Assembly: GCA_963514005.1 (NCBI GenBank)
Contig: OY740793.1
Coordinates: 26,474,001-26,538,000, forward strand
Origin: Raja brachyura
Taxonomy: Eukaryota
Direction of reading: 5' to 3'
DNA: 64,000 nt
Position 1 is the stretch's first letter. Every line of letters starts with the position of its first letter. Of this stretch, positions 51,313 through 62,618 are shown piece after piece. Made by a program: the position numbers and the translations under genes. The notes beneath the pieces were generated by a model. It worked only from the letters and a program-made list of their open reading frames with translations. It was not told where the DNA came from and did no database searches.

Positions 51313-53169
51313 ATAAATGAGATACAAATATGTGAGAATATTAAAGTAAGTTGCAATGTGCATGTTGTTATAAACATAATTATCAGGCTCAGATATTTTA
51401 TATAAGCATGTAAAGGCAACATTCATTTGTGGTCATTTTGCTTGTAAAATATACAAGATTTTATGGTGTACTTACTATAACATGGATTGAAAAATAGTCA
51501 CACTTTGTGTAGTTCAATGAAAGCATTCTCAACCTTGTGAATAACACATTCATAATATTTCCTTCAATTTCTGAGATGTAAATACTTTTTCACTTTCACA
51601 AAATTGTAATGTTCTTTAGCTAAGGAGAATATTATATTTAATTTGACCATGAGGATCTCATAATTAAGATTCATATAAGGTGAATAATTATTTTCACCTA
51701 TGGTTTGGATTAAGAATTACTCTTGCATTTATTTTTTTTAATTTAGAAGACGTATTTCACTATTTACCAGAAACATTCAATGTCCACAGCATATTTGCAA
51801 TTTTACCACATTTTTGGACAGCCCAGTAACTGTAGAATTTGCATTAGTAGTCAAGTTATAATGTTGCGTGTAATGTTGCCACTTATACCAAAATGTAGAT
51901 CAGAAATAATAAACTCCAAAGACTCACAGTGAATCCATGTTTAATCCTTTGAGAATATCACTACATGCCAATCTGAAGAACATCCATCTGCTTGAACTCT
52001 TGCTCCCTGTCACTGATTTGTATTCATTCCATTTATTTAAACATTATTTTATGTGCTATAGACCTTCCAAAGTCCACATAAGCATCTAATACTCTACTTT
52101 GAGCAGTCTTCACTGTCAGTTCATAAAATGCCATTGACTATTTTCCACCAAGGCTGTCGAACACATTTGTCTTTAGCAAATCCGTATGGGTTCAACTTGA
52201 TGAAACAAAATGAGAATGTATTTAACCAGTGTTAAACTGAGAGTCTATAACAGTCCTCTAACTCAAAATTGGTTTCATTGAAGTCAACGGAATTGAATTT
52301 TGGAAACAATTTCGAACATACAGTTTCTGTTAAATGGACATTCACTACAAGAAACTCTGATAGATCTATTGAGTTCTGTAGAAAATTGTGTTTTTGGTGT
52401 GAAGATGGATCTTGATTTTACTGTGATTGTACAGTGCTCCTACCAATGCTGTGTTTAAACAGATGCATCCAGAAACAGATGATGATTTAGACTTGTTCAT
52501 ACTACAGACAGTTTTGACAACTAGTAAGTTTGCAGACATGTATGATAACTGCTTATTAAAGCTATTCAGGGATGTGGTAATTACAATTCACTTTATGGAC
52601 TAATTGTTACTGCACATATCCTGTGAAGAAAGGAAGAATGGAAATGTATAGATTAAAAAGAGCAAAAAAAGGACATTCTATTTATCTTTTTCTCTGAAGG
52701 TCAGTCTGCTTTCCAAGGGTGATTAGTGCAAATAAATAAATTAGAATTCTGTAACCAGTTTCATTATTTTAATGAAACGTATGATGCGTGTATATCATTC
52801 AATTAACTTTTTGCAAATTTTAAGAAATGTAGGATATTTTAGATCATATTTCAATAATGTTGGATTGTTTTCTTTTGTGATGTGTGGCCATCTCTGGCAA
52901 GCCTGGTGTTTATTTGTCATCCCATATCTTCCTAAAGAAGGTAATAGTGAATGTCTGAAATTGCTGCAGTTCATGTATTGAAGTACACCCACTGTATTGA
53001 TAAGTAGGAATTTCCAGGATTTTGATACGGTAACAATGCACAATCGACTATAGATTTTTCTTTCTAAGTTGCAATTCTTGAAGGTCTATTGTCCTACATG
53101 GTAGATTGTGAGTTAAGTACTGCCTTAGAAGTCTCGGCAAATTGCTGCAGCAGACCTTGTATATGGTAT

Positions 53170-54170
53170 AGAAACAAGGAACTGCAGATGGTGGTTTACA
53201 AAAAAAAAAGAGACAAAGGTAGGCACACAATGCTGGAGTAACTCAGTGGGACAGGCAGTATCTTTGGAGAGAAGGAATGGGTTGTTCAGTGAGACAGGCA
53301 CCATCGTAGAAGATGGATGGGCGATGTTTCGGGTCGGGATGCCTTTGACTGAAAAAGGGTCTCAGCCCGAAATGTTACCCATTCCTTCTCTCCAGAGATA
53401 CTAGCTGTCCCGCTGAGTTACTCCAGCTTTTTGTGTCTCATCTTCTCTAGAGATGATGCCTGGCCCGCTGATTTACTCCAGCACTTTGTGTCTTTTTACA
53501 TATAGTGTGTTGGTGATGGACGATGTGAATGTTTAATATGATCATTAGGGGAGCAGTCAAGCCGGTTGCTATGTTGTGGATGATGACCATGGGACTGACC
53601 CTATTGGCTTTTCTTTATGTGTAAGAAAGAACTACAGATGCTGGTTTAAATCGAAGGTGGACACAAAATGCTGGAGTAACTCAGCGGTGCAGGCATCATC
53701 TCTGGAGAGAAGGAATGGGTGACGTTTCGGGTCGAGACAGAGTGAAGAAGGGTCTCGACCCGAAATGTCACCCAGTCCTTCTATCCGCTGAGTTACTCCA
53801 GCATTTTGTGTCCACCTTTGATTTAAACCAGCATCTGCAGTTCTTTCGTACACAAGTGGAGAGTTTCCTTCGCAATCTTTAATTTGTTTTACCGAGTCGA
53901 GGCAAATAATGCCTCGATAACAATATTGCTTGTAAAAGCTTTCCTTGAGCATGCCTGACGTGTTTCAGTTTTAATAAGAGCTGCCATCTGATTTCCACAG
54001 ATCGAATTGAAACTGAACGTTCGAACCTACTCGGTTCTCGCACGAAAGATAGACACAAAATGCTGAAGTAACTCAGCATCTCTGGAGAGAAGGAATGGGT
54101 GACGTTTGGGTCTCGACAGCATTTTGTGTCTATCTTCGATGTAAAGCGGCATCGGCAGTTCCTTCATACA
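53170..54170. mobile_element. Cluster of three fold-back Penelope-derived units (~53170-53495, ~53627-53848, ~54045-54165)
   Basis: Repeated AAGGAACTGCAGATGCTGG..GGAGTAACTCAGCGG..TGACGTTTCGGGTCGAGAC arms facing their reverse complements. Confidence 0.85.
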
Positions 54171-54249
54171 CACTCGGTTCTCACACTCCTGGCATCAAGC
54201 GAGGGATAACTGATGTGTGGGTGTTGTAGTTTATTTAGCTCTTTTGCTG

Positions 54250-54720
54250 GTTGACAGCTACTCAAATGGAGGGAATACGAACTACAAAACCCAGAATACC
54301 TTTCGCCCGCCGGCACTTGCAGACTGTCCTGCCAGTCCCTGCGCTGCGCTGTCCCTTCGCCCGCCGCCGCCGCCAACTTTTTTTCCGTGCACTGCATTGT
54401 GCGCGGAGGTAACGCGCCGGTCCTCGTGTCATTGCCTCCTTCTCCCTGCTCTGCCACGCCGGCGCCGCCGCCGGGGGAGAGTGAGAGCGTCCGGGCGGCT
54501 CAACGGCCGCGCAGGGCGGATGGCGGCGGCGGCTGGGATCGGTTGGCGAGCGGGCGCGAGCGGCGACTCGTGCGGCTCCCTCGCGTGCCAGTGGGCGGGG
54601 CCAGCGGCCGGGCATCGAGGGCCATTTAAACCGCTTGCGCTGGTGGCGGGCTGCAAGAGCGGAGCGCTCCGCTAAATAGTAGGGGAGGAGGAAAATAAAG
54701 AATCAATAGGTGTCAGCCCC
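54250..54720 (+). promoter_or_regulatory. CpG island promoter (putative proximal BCORL1 promoter) with ZNF143/THAP11-type motif
   Basis: Very high GC and CpG, (CCG)n, GC boxes; ACTACAAAACCCAGAATAC at 54281-54299 resembles the ACTACAnnTCCCAGnATGC promoter motif. Confidence 0.8.
54320..54408 (+). other. Candidate non-coding first exon C (start approximate)
   Basis: Donor GGAG|GTAACG at 54408/54409 just downstream of the ACTACA motif. Confidence 0.5.
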
Positions 54721-55217
54721 TGATCTGTCAGATGCTGCCGACAGCTGCCTATCTTGAACGCTGACACTGGAAGGTTTGAAGCAACCCCAGTTTACCCCCC
54801 CCCCCCCCCCTTTAACATGAAGGAGTGCCCAGTGTGAGGCAGAAGAATTCCGTCGTAAGTCACTGACCCAGCGATAGGCCTGGTGTGTCTGGGTGGGTGG
54901 CAAGACTTTGGCTGGTCCGTTCAGCGACTAAACACGATGTTCTCCACGCAGATGGAATTCAATAGCTTTCTCTCTCAACTTGTTACTAATCGGAAGGGAA
55001 ACCCAGTGGTGCCCTGGAGCCTCCAACTAGTAGACAAATATCTGCAACTTCTTTGGTCTGAGACTGGTCTGGTGAAATTGACAAAGGGGCCAATTGACAT
55101 ATTCGAGGCATAATGCAAACAAAAAAAAACCCATATAAAGCAAAACTCCTTTTTTGAATAGCTAGATGAAAAATGTATCACATTGGTATAATTTTACAAA
55201 CCTAAAAACAGAAAGAG

Positions 55218-55400
55218 TCTGAATAAGGGTGTCTGAAGAAGGGTCTCGACCTGGAACGTCACCCTTTCTCACCAGAGATGCTGCCTGTCCCTGCTGAGTT
55301 ACTCCAGCTTATTATGTTTATCCTGATCCAAAATGTCACCATTCCATATTCTCCAGAGATGCTGCCTTGTCCGCAGAGTTACTCCAGCATCTTGTGCCTT
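55218..55400 (+). mobile_element. Tandem Penelope-derived tail units
   Basis: GTCTGAATAAGGGT GTCTGAAGAAGGGTCTCGACCTGGAACGTCACCC.., then a second tail copy from ~55322. Confidence 0.75.
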
Positions 55401-55699
55401 TTTTAGGGAGAATTTTTTAATATCAATTATTTTGCATCCTGAGGAAGTCCTCAGGAGGACACAACTTATATAGTATTTGTAGTTTAATAACCTTAGCAGA
55501 GATTGCTGTGAATTTAGTATTTGGGGAGTAAAATAATTTAAAGATGGATAAAAAGAATGCAGTTGTCCCAGAAGATAATGAGAATTGGATGGTACTTGAT
55601 GTGATTTTTGTTGTATTTTGTGTAATGGCTTACACCAGGGCACTTCAGGTATTTAAATATTTTTAGGGGTTAGGGTGGAGGTAAGTTGGATGGTCACAG

Positions 55700-55995
55700 T
55701 AATTTTCCCAGGGTGAGGGAATCTAAAAACAGAGGACCTGAATTTTAGATGTGAGAGAAAAGATTTAAAGTGTCCAGAGGGTTAACCTTTTCCACACAGG
55801 GTGCTGGGTATATGGAATGAACTGCCAGATGAAGCTGTAGTTGGGTAAAATTACATTATTGAAAAGACATTTGGTCAGTATATGATAGAAAAGATTTAGT
55901 GGGATATGTGCCAAATACAAGCAAATGGGACTCACTCAAATAGATATCTTGGGGAGTGATGGCGGAGTCATTGGCAAGTTGAGCAGGTTTATGTG
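55700..55995 (+). mobile_element. Degraded CR1 3' end
   Basis: CCCAGGGTGAGGGAATCTAAAA..ATATGGAATGAACTGCCAGATGAAG..GGGATATGTGCCAAA. Confidence 0.6.
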
Positions 55996-56277
55996 CTCAG
56001 TGACACCACAATATGTTCATTCTTTATAGTTTTAGCAGAATGAATACTAGGAATAGTTTGAACCTGTGATCCTCTAATAGGCTTGAATATTCTGCTTCTC
56101 AATTTCTCTATATTAAAGGTGCTATGCAACTGCAAGTTGCTTTTAAAAAGTAACTGCATTTATCTTTTACATTCTCTGAACATCTTGCAGCAAGTGAAGT
56201 AATTTGGAAATAAATGCTGTCATGTATGCTATCATTGAGTTAAAGTATGATTTATAAAGTGATTTAAAGTCAGAGTT

Positions 56278-57010
56278 ATACGATACGATTTAATAGAACT
56301 TTATTTATCCCAGGAGGGAAATTGATCTGCCAACAGTCATAAAAACACAAAATACATGAAACATGAAATTAAAGTGATGAGTGGAAAGGCTTGGGGCAAA
56401 GATTGGGAGGGGGGGGGGGGGGGTAGGAGTCAGTCTCAGTCTACCCCATAGCAGAAGGGAAAGGAGTTGTAAAGTTTGATAGCCACAAGGAAGAAGGATC
56501 TCTTGTGGTTTTCTGTCCTGCATCTTGGTGGAACTAGTCTTGCTGAACAGACAGCACAGAACATCAGCATAGTAACAGACCATTCAGCTGTTGTCTTTAA
56601 GCTGGCCATTAACGTTTCTACACTGATCCCATTTTTTGTACACATTTTCCATCAATCACTACCCAGTTTTTCAGCCACTTGCACTTGGGATAATTGAGAC
56701 ACCATATCACTAGCATGTCTTTGGCATAATAATAATAATAATATCTTTTATTGTCATTGCACATAAGTGCACACGAGATTTGGTTTGCAACTTCCATCCG
56801 ATGTCATAACCTACCAGCTAATAAAATTTTGGATTAGATACCCCAAGAACATGGTTTGTAAAAAGAACAGTAAAACAGTCAAAACAGACTAAAGTGCAGA
56901 TGTGTCTATGCGATGTGACCATCCGAGGGAGACAGTCCATGGGGGTGGGGGGCACTCAGCAGGGCCGGTTCAGACCCGCTATCGCTCTGGGAATGAAGCT
57001 GTTCCTGAGC
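56278..57010 (-). mobile_element. Two Rex1-type LINE 3' ends (~56278-56545 and ~56727-57010)
   Basis: PPRCRTENHKRSFFLVAIKLYN; RNSFIPRAIAGLN; microsatellite tails (ATACG)n and (AAT)n. Confidence 0.7.
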
Positions 57011-57406
57011 ATGTGGGGAAACCAATGATTCTGTGGGAAACTTACATAGTCCCAGAGAAAACGTGTACACTCAACCTAGACAGTGTTTGAGTTCTTGCAT
57101 TAATTGAATCAAAAACACCAAACAGTTTGGGTGAAATAACATCAATAAAACAAAAATTTTAAAGTAATAATTTAAAAACGTCTGTTAAAAAAAATGTATG
57201 CTATTAATTTTCATTGAAGAGAAGACCTTTCCCATCAAATTCTAGTTAACTTTGATGCTATTTATTAGAAAACATTGGATATAAAATAATGTATAATACT
57301 ATTCACGTGTTCACACTATTCAAACTTTAAGGGAAGTACTGTACTTTATTTTCATAAGCCTGCCCCCTGGTGGTTGAATAGAAAATCAAACATTCTTGTT
57401 TCATTG

Positions 57407-57634
57407 CAGAAACAAGGAACTGTAGATGCTGGTTTATATTTAAATAAAGACACAAAGTGGTGGAGTAACTCAACGGGTCAGGCAGCATCCTGGAGAACAT
57501 GGATAGATTATATTTTGTGTCGGGATCCTTAGTCTGAAGAAGGGTCCAAATCTGAAATGTCATCTATCCATATTCTCCAGTGATGCTGCCTGACCCGCTG
57601 AGTTACTCGAGCACTTTTTGTCTTTTTTTTTATG
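57407..57634. mobile_element. Fold-back Penelope-derived unit with probable TSD
   Basis: Inverted arms around CTGAAGAAGGGTCC (57534); CTTGTTTCATTG (57395-57406) versus CTTGATTCATTG (57635-57646). Confidence 0.8.
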
Positions 57635-59829
57635 CTTGATTCATTGTCCCAAGAGTGGAAATGCTCCTGTCCAATCCTGGAGGTAAGATCACAAATCTTA
57701 ATAATGGATTTCTATGATGGAAATGCATACCATGTGAATTTTTGTTAATACTCACCATTATGGGTTGCAAACACCTTACCTGATTTTGAAATCAAGAACT
57801 CCTGTGTGATAGCTGAAATACATGTGGTTAGAAATTAACTACTGGAAGCTATAAACTGTTAATGCATAATCTGACAATGTGAAAATCCCGTCTGAAAGCT
57901 ATGTTTTGAATGGATTAGCGAAAAAATGGCAAATTGTATGTTCAGTATTAAAATGTTTGACTATTTCCAGATTATAGGTAAAGCACAAGATAAAGGAAAA
58001 TAACTCATCAAATTGATTGAACCATTGTATAATTTACACCAACCAATGATGCAGAGATTATTTGTTGGAGGATACGTCTAAAATTGTTGTTTTTTTTACT
58101 GTCTTCGTGAAATGCATTCTGGTGCAAATTCAGGAGCCGTGATCTTTTTTGTGTTTCAGCCTTTTGCATTTGCCAGCTTTTGTTCTATGATTTACTTTTC
58201 AGAATGCTGCTATTTTTGCCTTTATTTTTAAACATTACTTTTGACAGAAAATATTTATATCTCAATTATATGGCATTAATTAAGCATAGCATTTGCTTAG
58301 TCCTGTTGCAGGGTTTTGATCCGAAATGTCGACAGTTCCGTCCCTCCTCTCCCATAGATGCTGCATGACCCACTGAGATCTTCCAACAGTTTTTTTTATT
58401 TTTCCCTCATTTTCGGCAATTGCAATCTCTTATGACTCTAGCATACGTTTTGGTTGACTCTAGTTTGAGAATGTGTTACTTTTCTATTAATATACTGGAA
58501 ATAATATCAAGAGAACAAATCTAATAAATTGTTATTGAAGCTAAAAGACTTCTACATAAAGGGAAACACATTAATCTATTAAAAGATCCAGAAAATGTGC
58601 AATGTATTAGTTAGCAAATAGGAAAGAGTGTTTTTATTTCGGCAAGTATACAGCAAATATAAAGGAAGCTTTTTGTACAGAATATTGATCTATGTTTTAC
58701 CTTTGAAGATATTGTTTGGTATACTTTGTGTATTCAATAATTCTTTCCTTTTGTTGTTATTTTTTGCATTTGTTTTTCCTTTATGAGAACTTAGTAACTT
58801 TTATTCAGACACCATTTTACTATTTTCAGCTATTTGAGTGCATGATCAACAGTGCAACAAATCACTTGTTAGCAAAATTACCAATGTGCTTTGATTGGCT
58901 CTTTATTCATGAATGATCTGTAATGCAACCAGCCCAATTCTTTCACAATTTTAGGGTACAATTATTGGCACTACTATTGTTTACAATTAGTTTCATTGCT
59001 ACTCAACAATCTTTTAATATTTTCTATTTATTGTAATAATTTTAGATGCAGAACATTGGTAGAATTTTATAGTGAGTACTTACATATGTCATCGTGCATT
59101 TATGCAGACAATTTTCTTTGATTGCTCGCACCGTCGTCAATGAAAATGTTTAGGATATGAGTTGTACAGATATCTTGACATTCCGTTTTGGTGGAATATT
59201 GAGGGATGAGTAAAACCAGCAGCCAATACTCTGATTTGTATAGCCATGAAACCCTAGATTAATTTATCGCCCACTGCTTTTTCAAATGTTTTGCATAGAA
59301 AGTGGTTTAGTGCTTTATATCTTAATTGGGTGTTACCTACGTTAGGAATATGTTGCTGAATATTTTCTTGGGCTGGCAGTGTAGTTTGCCAACCAAAATG
59401 TTACAGCCTTACATCGGCCTTGCTGAAACAACGAGGTCAATGTTTCCACAGAAAGATGTAATTGTATTGGAGAAGGTGCAGTATTTATTTACTAAAATAA
59501 TTCCTACATGAGGCAGCTGTCCTACATGGAAAAATTGAGCATATTTGTTTACTGGAATTTCTATGAATGAAAGGTAATTCCTATTGAGAAAAAGTTATGA
59601 GAAGTAATGGCAGGGTAGGTGCTGAAGGGCTATTTCCTCAGGTCTTTGCCCATTCTGACAGTCACAGGATCACTACATTTTTGCAAGAGCGAATACTTTG
59701 GATAATTGATCTATAAACATAAGTGACATTATCTTCTTCAGGATGCACATTGTTCATTGGAAATCCCTTAGTCTGCAATCAGAAACTAGATATAATGGCT
59801 TGCAGAGATTCTTTCACTTAGAGGGAGAC

Positions 59830-60090
59830 TGGTTTGTGCAATGGACTGGACTGCTTCCATAACTCTGCAATTTCTGATGGTCTTTTCTGCTGCGCATTCG
59901 CTAAACCAAGTTTGTGTATCCTGATAAGATGCTTTCTATGGTGCACTTGTAGAAATTGGTAAGTTATTGGAGACATGCCAAATTATATTCATCTTTCTGC
60001 GGAAGAAGAGGCTTTGGTGTCCTTTCTTTGCCATAGCATCAATGAGGTTGGACAAAGTCAAATTGTTAGGTGATATTTAACTTCACCGAC
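59830..60090 (-). mobile_element. Old LINE 3' remnant (L2/Rex1-group)
   Basis: Minus strand AKKGHQSLFFRRK..LTNFYKCTIESILSGY, homologous to the 28270 ORF. Confidence 0.6.
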
Positions 60091-60269
60091 ATGAAAATAA
60101 CATGTTAATCTGTTGCTCCTATGGTCAAACATGGATAGGGACTAAATTATTCAAATAGTCAGAGCTACATGATCATTTCAGGTGTTTAGAATTTTGGCAA
60201 CTACTATTACAAAAACAAATATATTTTACAAGTACGTGCAGTTATTAATGCTCATATTTTATCAATCAG

Positions 60270-60317
60270 GTTGGAGCAGTGAAGGAGTGGAACTATTCTA
60301 ATTGGTCTTCACCTGTC
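60270..60317 (+). other. BCORL1: 5' UTR portion of the first coding exon
   Basis: Acceptor ATTTTATCAATCAG|G at 60269/60270; 48 nt upstream of the ATG. Confidence 0.75.
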
Positions 60318-60403
60318 ATGCTTGCCACAGCCTCGTTGTACAACGGCATTCACGATTGGACACAAACTGACTCTATACGGATGTGTGGCATTAAGGAAGA
60401 TAG
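60318..60403 (+). CDS. BCORL1: First coding exon of BCL6 corepressor-like 1 (BCOR family); gene continues beyond the window
   Basis: [29 protein letters not shown](split) aligns, from memory, with human BCORL1 [29 protein letters not shown] and less well with BCOR [29 protein letters not shown]. It has 86 coding nt ending in phase 2 at the donor AG|GTGAGT, as I recall for BCOR/BCORL1. Confidence 0.88.
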
Positions 60404-60879
60404 GTGAGTGAAAAGGCAAAAAATGAATAAAAATAGTGTGTGGTTGAACCCACTTTTCATGGTTTGTGTAAATCTATGGAATTACAGCAAAAGATATAAT
60501 GCACTGGAAATAAAAATGGCTAAAGAACCTAATGTACACAATCCTTTTGCCAACAATTTCACTATTTCTCATTAATCATCCATCTTTTCCCTCAGAAGAT
60601 GTAACTTGCACTACTTTATAATATATAGCTTAAGGCACTTCACAGAAATCTAAGGGGCAATTCAGAAGCTACAACTGGATCCATGTTATAAAATGTAGTT
60701 TAAGGCAGTTCAGAGGTCTGTTTATTGTCAATGAGGCAAAAGTGGAATAATCAATCATATGTCCAAAGTGAGGGCAAAGAGATGCATTTTTGAGAATGGA
60801 AGGAAATAGGACAAGTTTATCAGCTGATGGAGCAGGATTATGTGTTGCAATATATCAGAACAGATCAGAAGGTTATATT

Positions 60880-60990
60880 TATGGTATGAGTGCAGGCAGG
60901 TGGGACTAAGGGAAAAAAGTTGTTTGGCACGGACTTGAAGGGCCGAGATGGCCTGTTTCCGTGCTGTAATTGTTATATGGTTATATGGTT
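60880..60990 (+). mobile_element. CR1 3' tail fragment
   Basis: GAAGGGCCGAGATGGCCTGTTTCCGTGCTGTAATTG plus (ATATGGTT)n; similar copy at 63760-63878. Confidence 0.75.
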
Positions 60991-61267
60991 AAGTGTTGGA
61001 GGCTGTTGTCAACTATCTTGAAGGTTGCAGAGGGATCAATTGAATGGGATTCACAATTACTGAAACAGTGATTCGTAATGTTTTGGGCTAAATCAATATT
61101 GGAGAGATGGAAACTCAGAGGTAGCAAACAGTCTGCATGAATCCAGGAGGTGAAAACATTCAAGAACTTTGAAGTGAGAAAGGAGTTTAAAGTTAGACAG
61201 GGATGGGAAGGATTGGATATTGAACACCAGAAGATAGTGTTTTGAATAAGAGACATATAATCCTTTA

Positions 61268-61908
61268 AAAAGCTTTTGGCATTTTGGCCTTCAACAGTCA
61301 GAGTATTGAGTATGGAAGTTAGGAGGTCATGTTGCAGTTGTCTAAGACGTTGGTGAGACCGCACTTAGAATATTGTGTTCAGTTCTGGGCACCATGTTAT
61401 AGGAAATATATTGTCAAGCTTGAAAGGGTTCAGAAAAGATTTATGAGGATGTTGCCAGGATTAGAGGGTGTGAGCTATAGGGAGAGGTTGAGTAAGCTGG
61501 GTCTCTCTTCCATGGAGTGCAGGAGAATGATGGGAGATCTTATAGAGGTATACAAAATCATGAGAGGAATAGATCAGGTAGATGTACAGTCTTTTGCCCA
61601 GAGTAGCGGAATCGAGGACCAAAGGACATAGGTTCAAGGTGAAGAGGAAAAGGTTTAATAGGAATCCGAGGGGTAACTTTTTCACAAAGGGTGGTGGGTG
61701 CATGGAACAAGCTGCTAGAGGAGGTAGTTGAGGCTGGGAATATCCCATCGTTTAACAAACAGTTAAAGTACATTGATAGAACAGCATTGGAGGTATATGG
61801 ACCAAGCGCAGGCAAGTGGACAAGGGTAGCTGGGAGATTGGTGGTCGGTGTGGGTGAGTTGGGCCGAGGGGCTTGTTTCCACATTGTATTACTCTATAAC
61901 TCCATAAC
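61268..61908 (+). mobile_element. CR1 LINE 3' end
   Basis: MLQLSKTLVRPHLEYCVQFWAPCYRKYIVKLERVQKRFMRMLPGLEG..GDLIEVYKIMRGID; VVGAWNKL. Confidence 0.92.
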
Positions 61909-62280
61909 TAAAAAAGCAAATTGTTGGTAATTGAGAAAGCAGGAGGTCGTTGTGTAGTTTTACTCACTTGGTAATGATCTAGGGGTAAATTAAGGTTAAA
62001 GTAAAGCAAGGCACATGTTCAGGGCAATGGCCATATAGTATAAGAATTAAGTTATGGCTTGGGATGAAAGGAATGGGGGAAGCAGCACTGGGAGCAGAAA
62101 GTTTATTTTAGTGTCCATGGAAGTTTATGAATATATCACAAAGGGGATGTGGGGTGGGGTGCGGGAGACAATGTTAACAATATAAAGATACATTTTTTTG
62201 CACTTTACGTCATTGTGGAATTGTGATCCGGGATGAGTGGTTTTAACACATTTTTTATTTTTGTGTTGGGAATTTACTAA

Positions 62281-62618
62281 AGGGCCTGTCCCACTTACGC
62301 GACTTTTTCGGCGATGGCCGGCACCCTTCATAGGTCTTTGCAGGTCGACAAAAATTTTCACCATGTTGAAAATTCAGCGGCGACCAGAAAGATGCTACGA
62401 CACCTTGGGTGACTGAGGAGACTAACGACCATACAGGCGACACCCTGGCAACATGTCGCGGGGTGAAGCCAGTATGGTCGTGAGTAGTCGCCCAAAGAGT
62501 CATACCGTGTTCTGGTCGCCGCTGGATTTTCAACATGTTGAACATTTTTAGTGACCTGCAACGACCTATGACAGGTGCCGGCAGTCGCCAAAAAAGTCAT
62601 GTAAGTGGGACAGGCCCT
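62281..62618. mobile_element. PIF/Harbinger-type MITE
   Basis: Perfect 18-bp TIR AGGGCCTGTCCCACTTAC / GTAAGTGGGACAGGCCCT extending imperfectly inward; TAA TSD at 62278-62280 and 62619-62621; no ORF. Confidence 0.85.

Noticed and set aside
54164-54675. Overlapping ORFs in the CpG island as standalone genes
   Set aside because: Low-complexity R/A/P/G translations typical of GC-rich DNA, mostly with non-ATG starts.
9379-58390. Recurrent ~30-bp repeat with internal hairpin as a CRISPR array
   Set aside because: Eukaryotic DNA; copies are dispersed, lack regular spacers and cas genes, and belong to Penelope termini.
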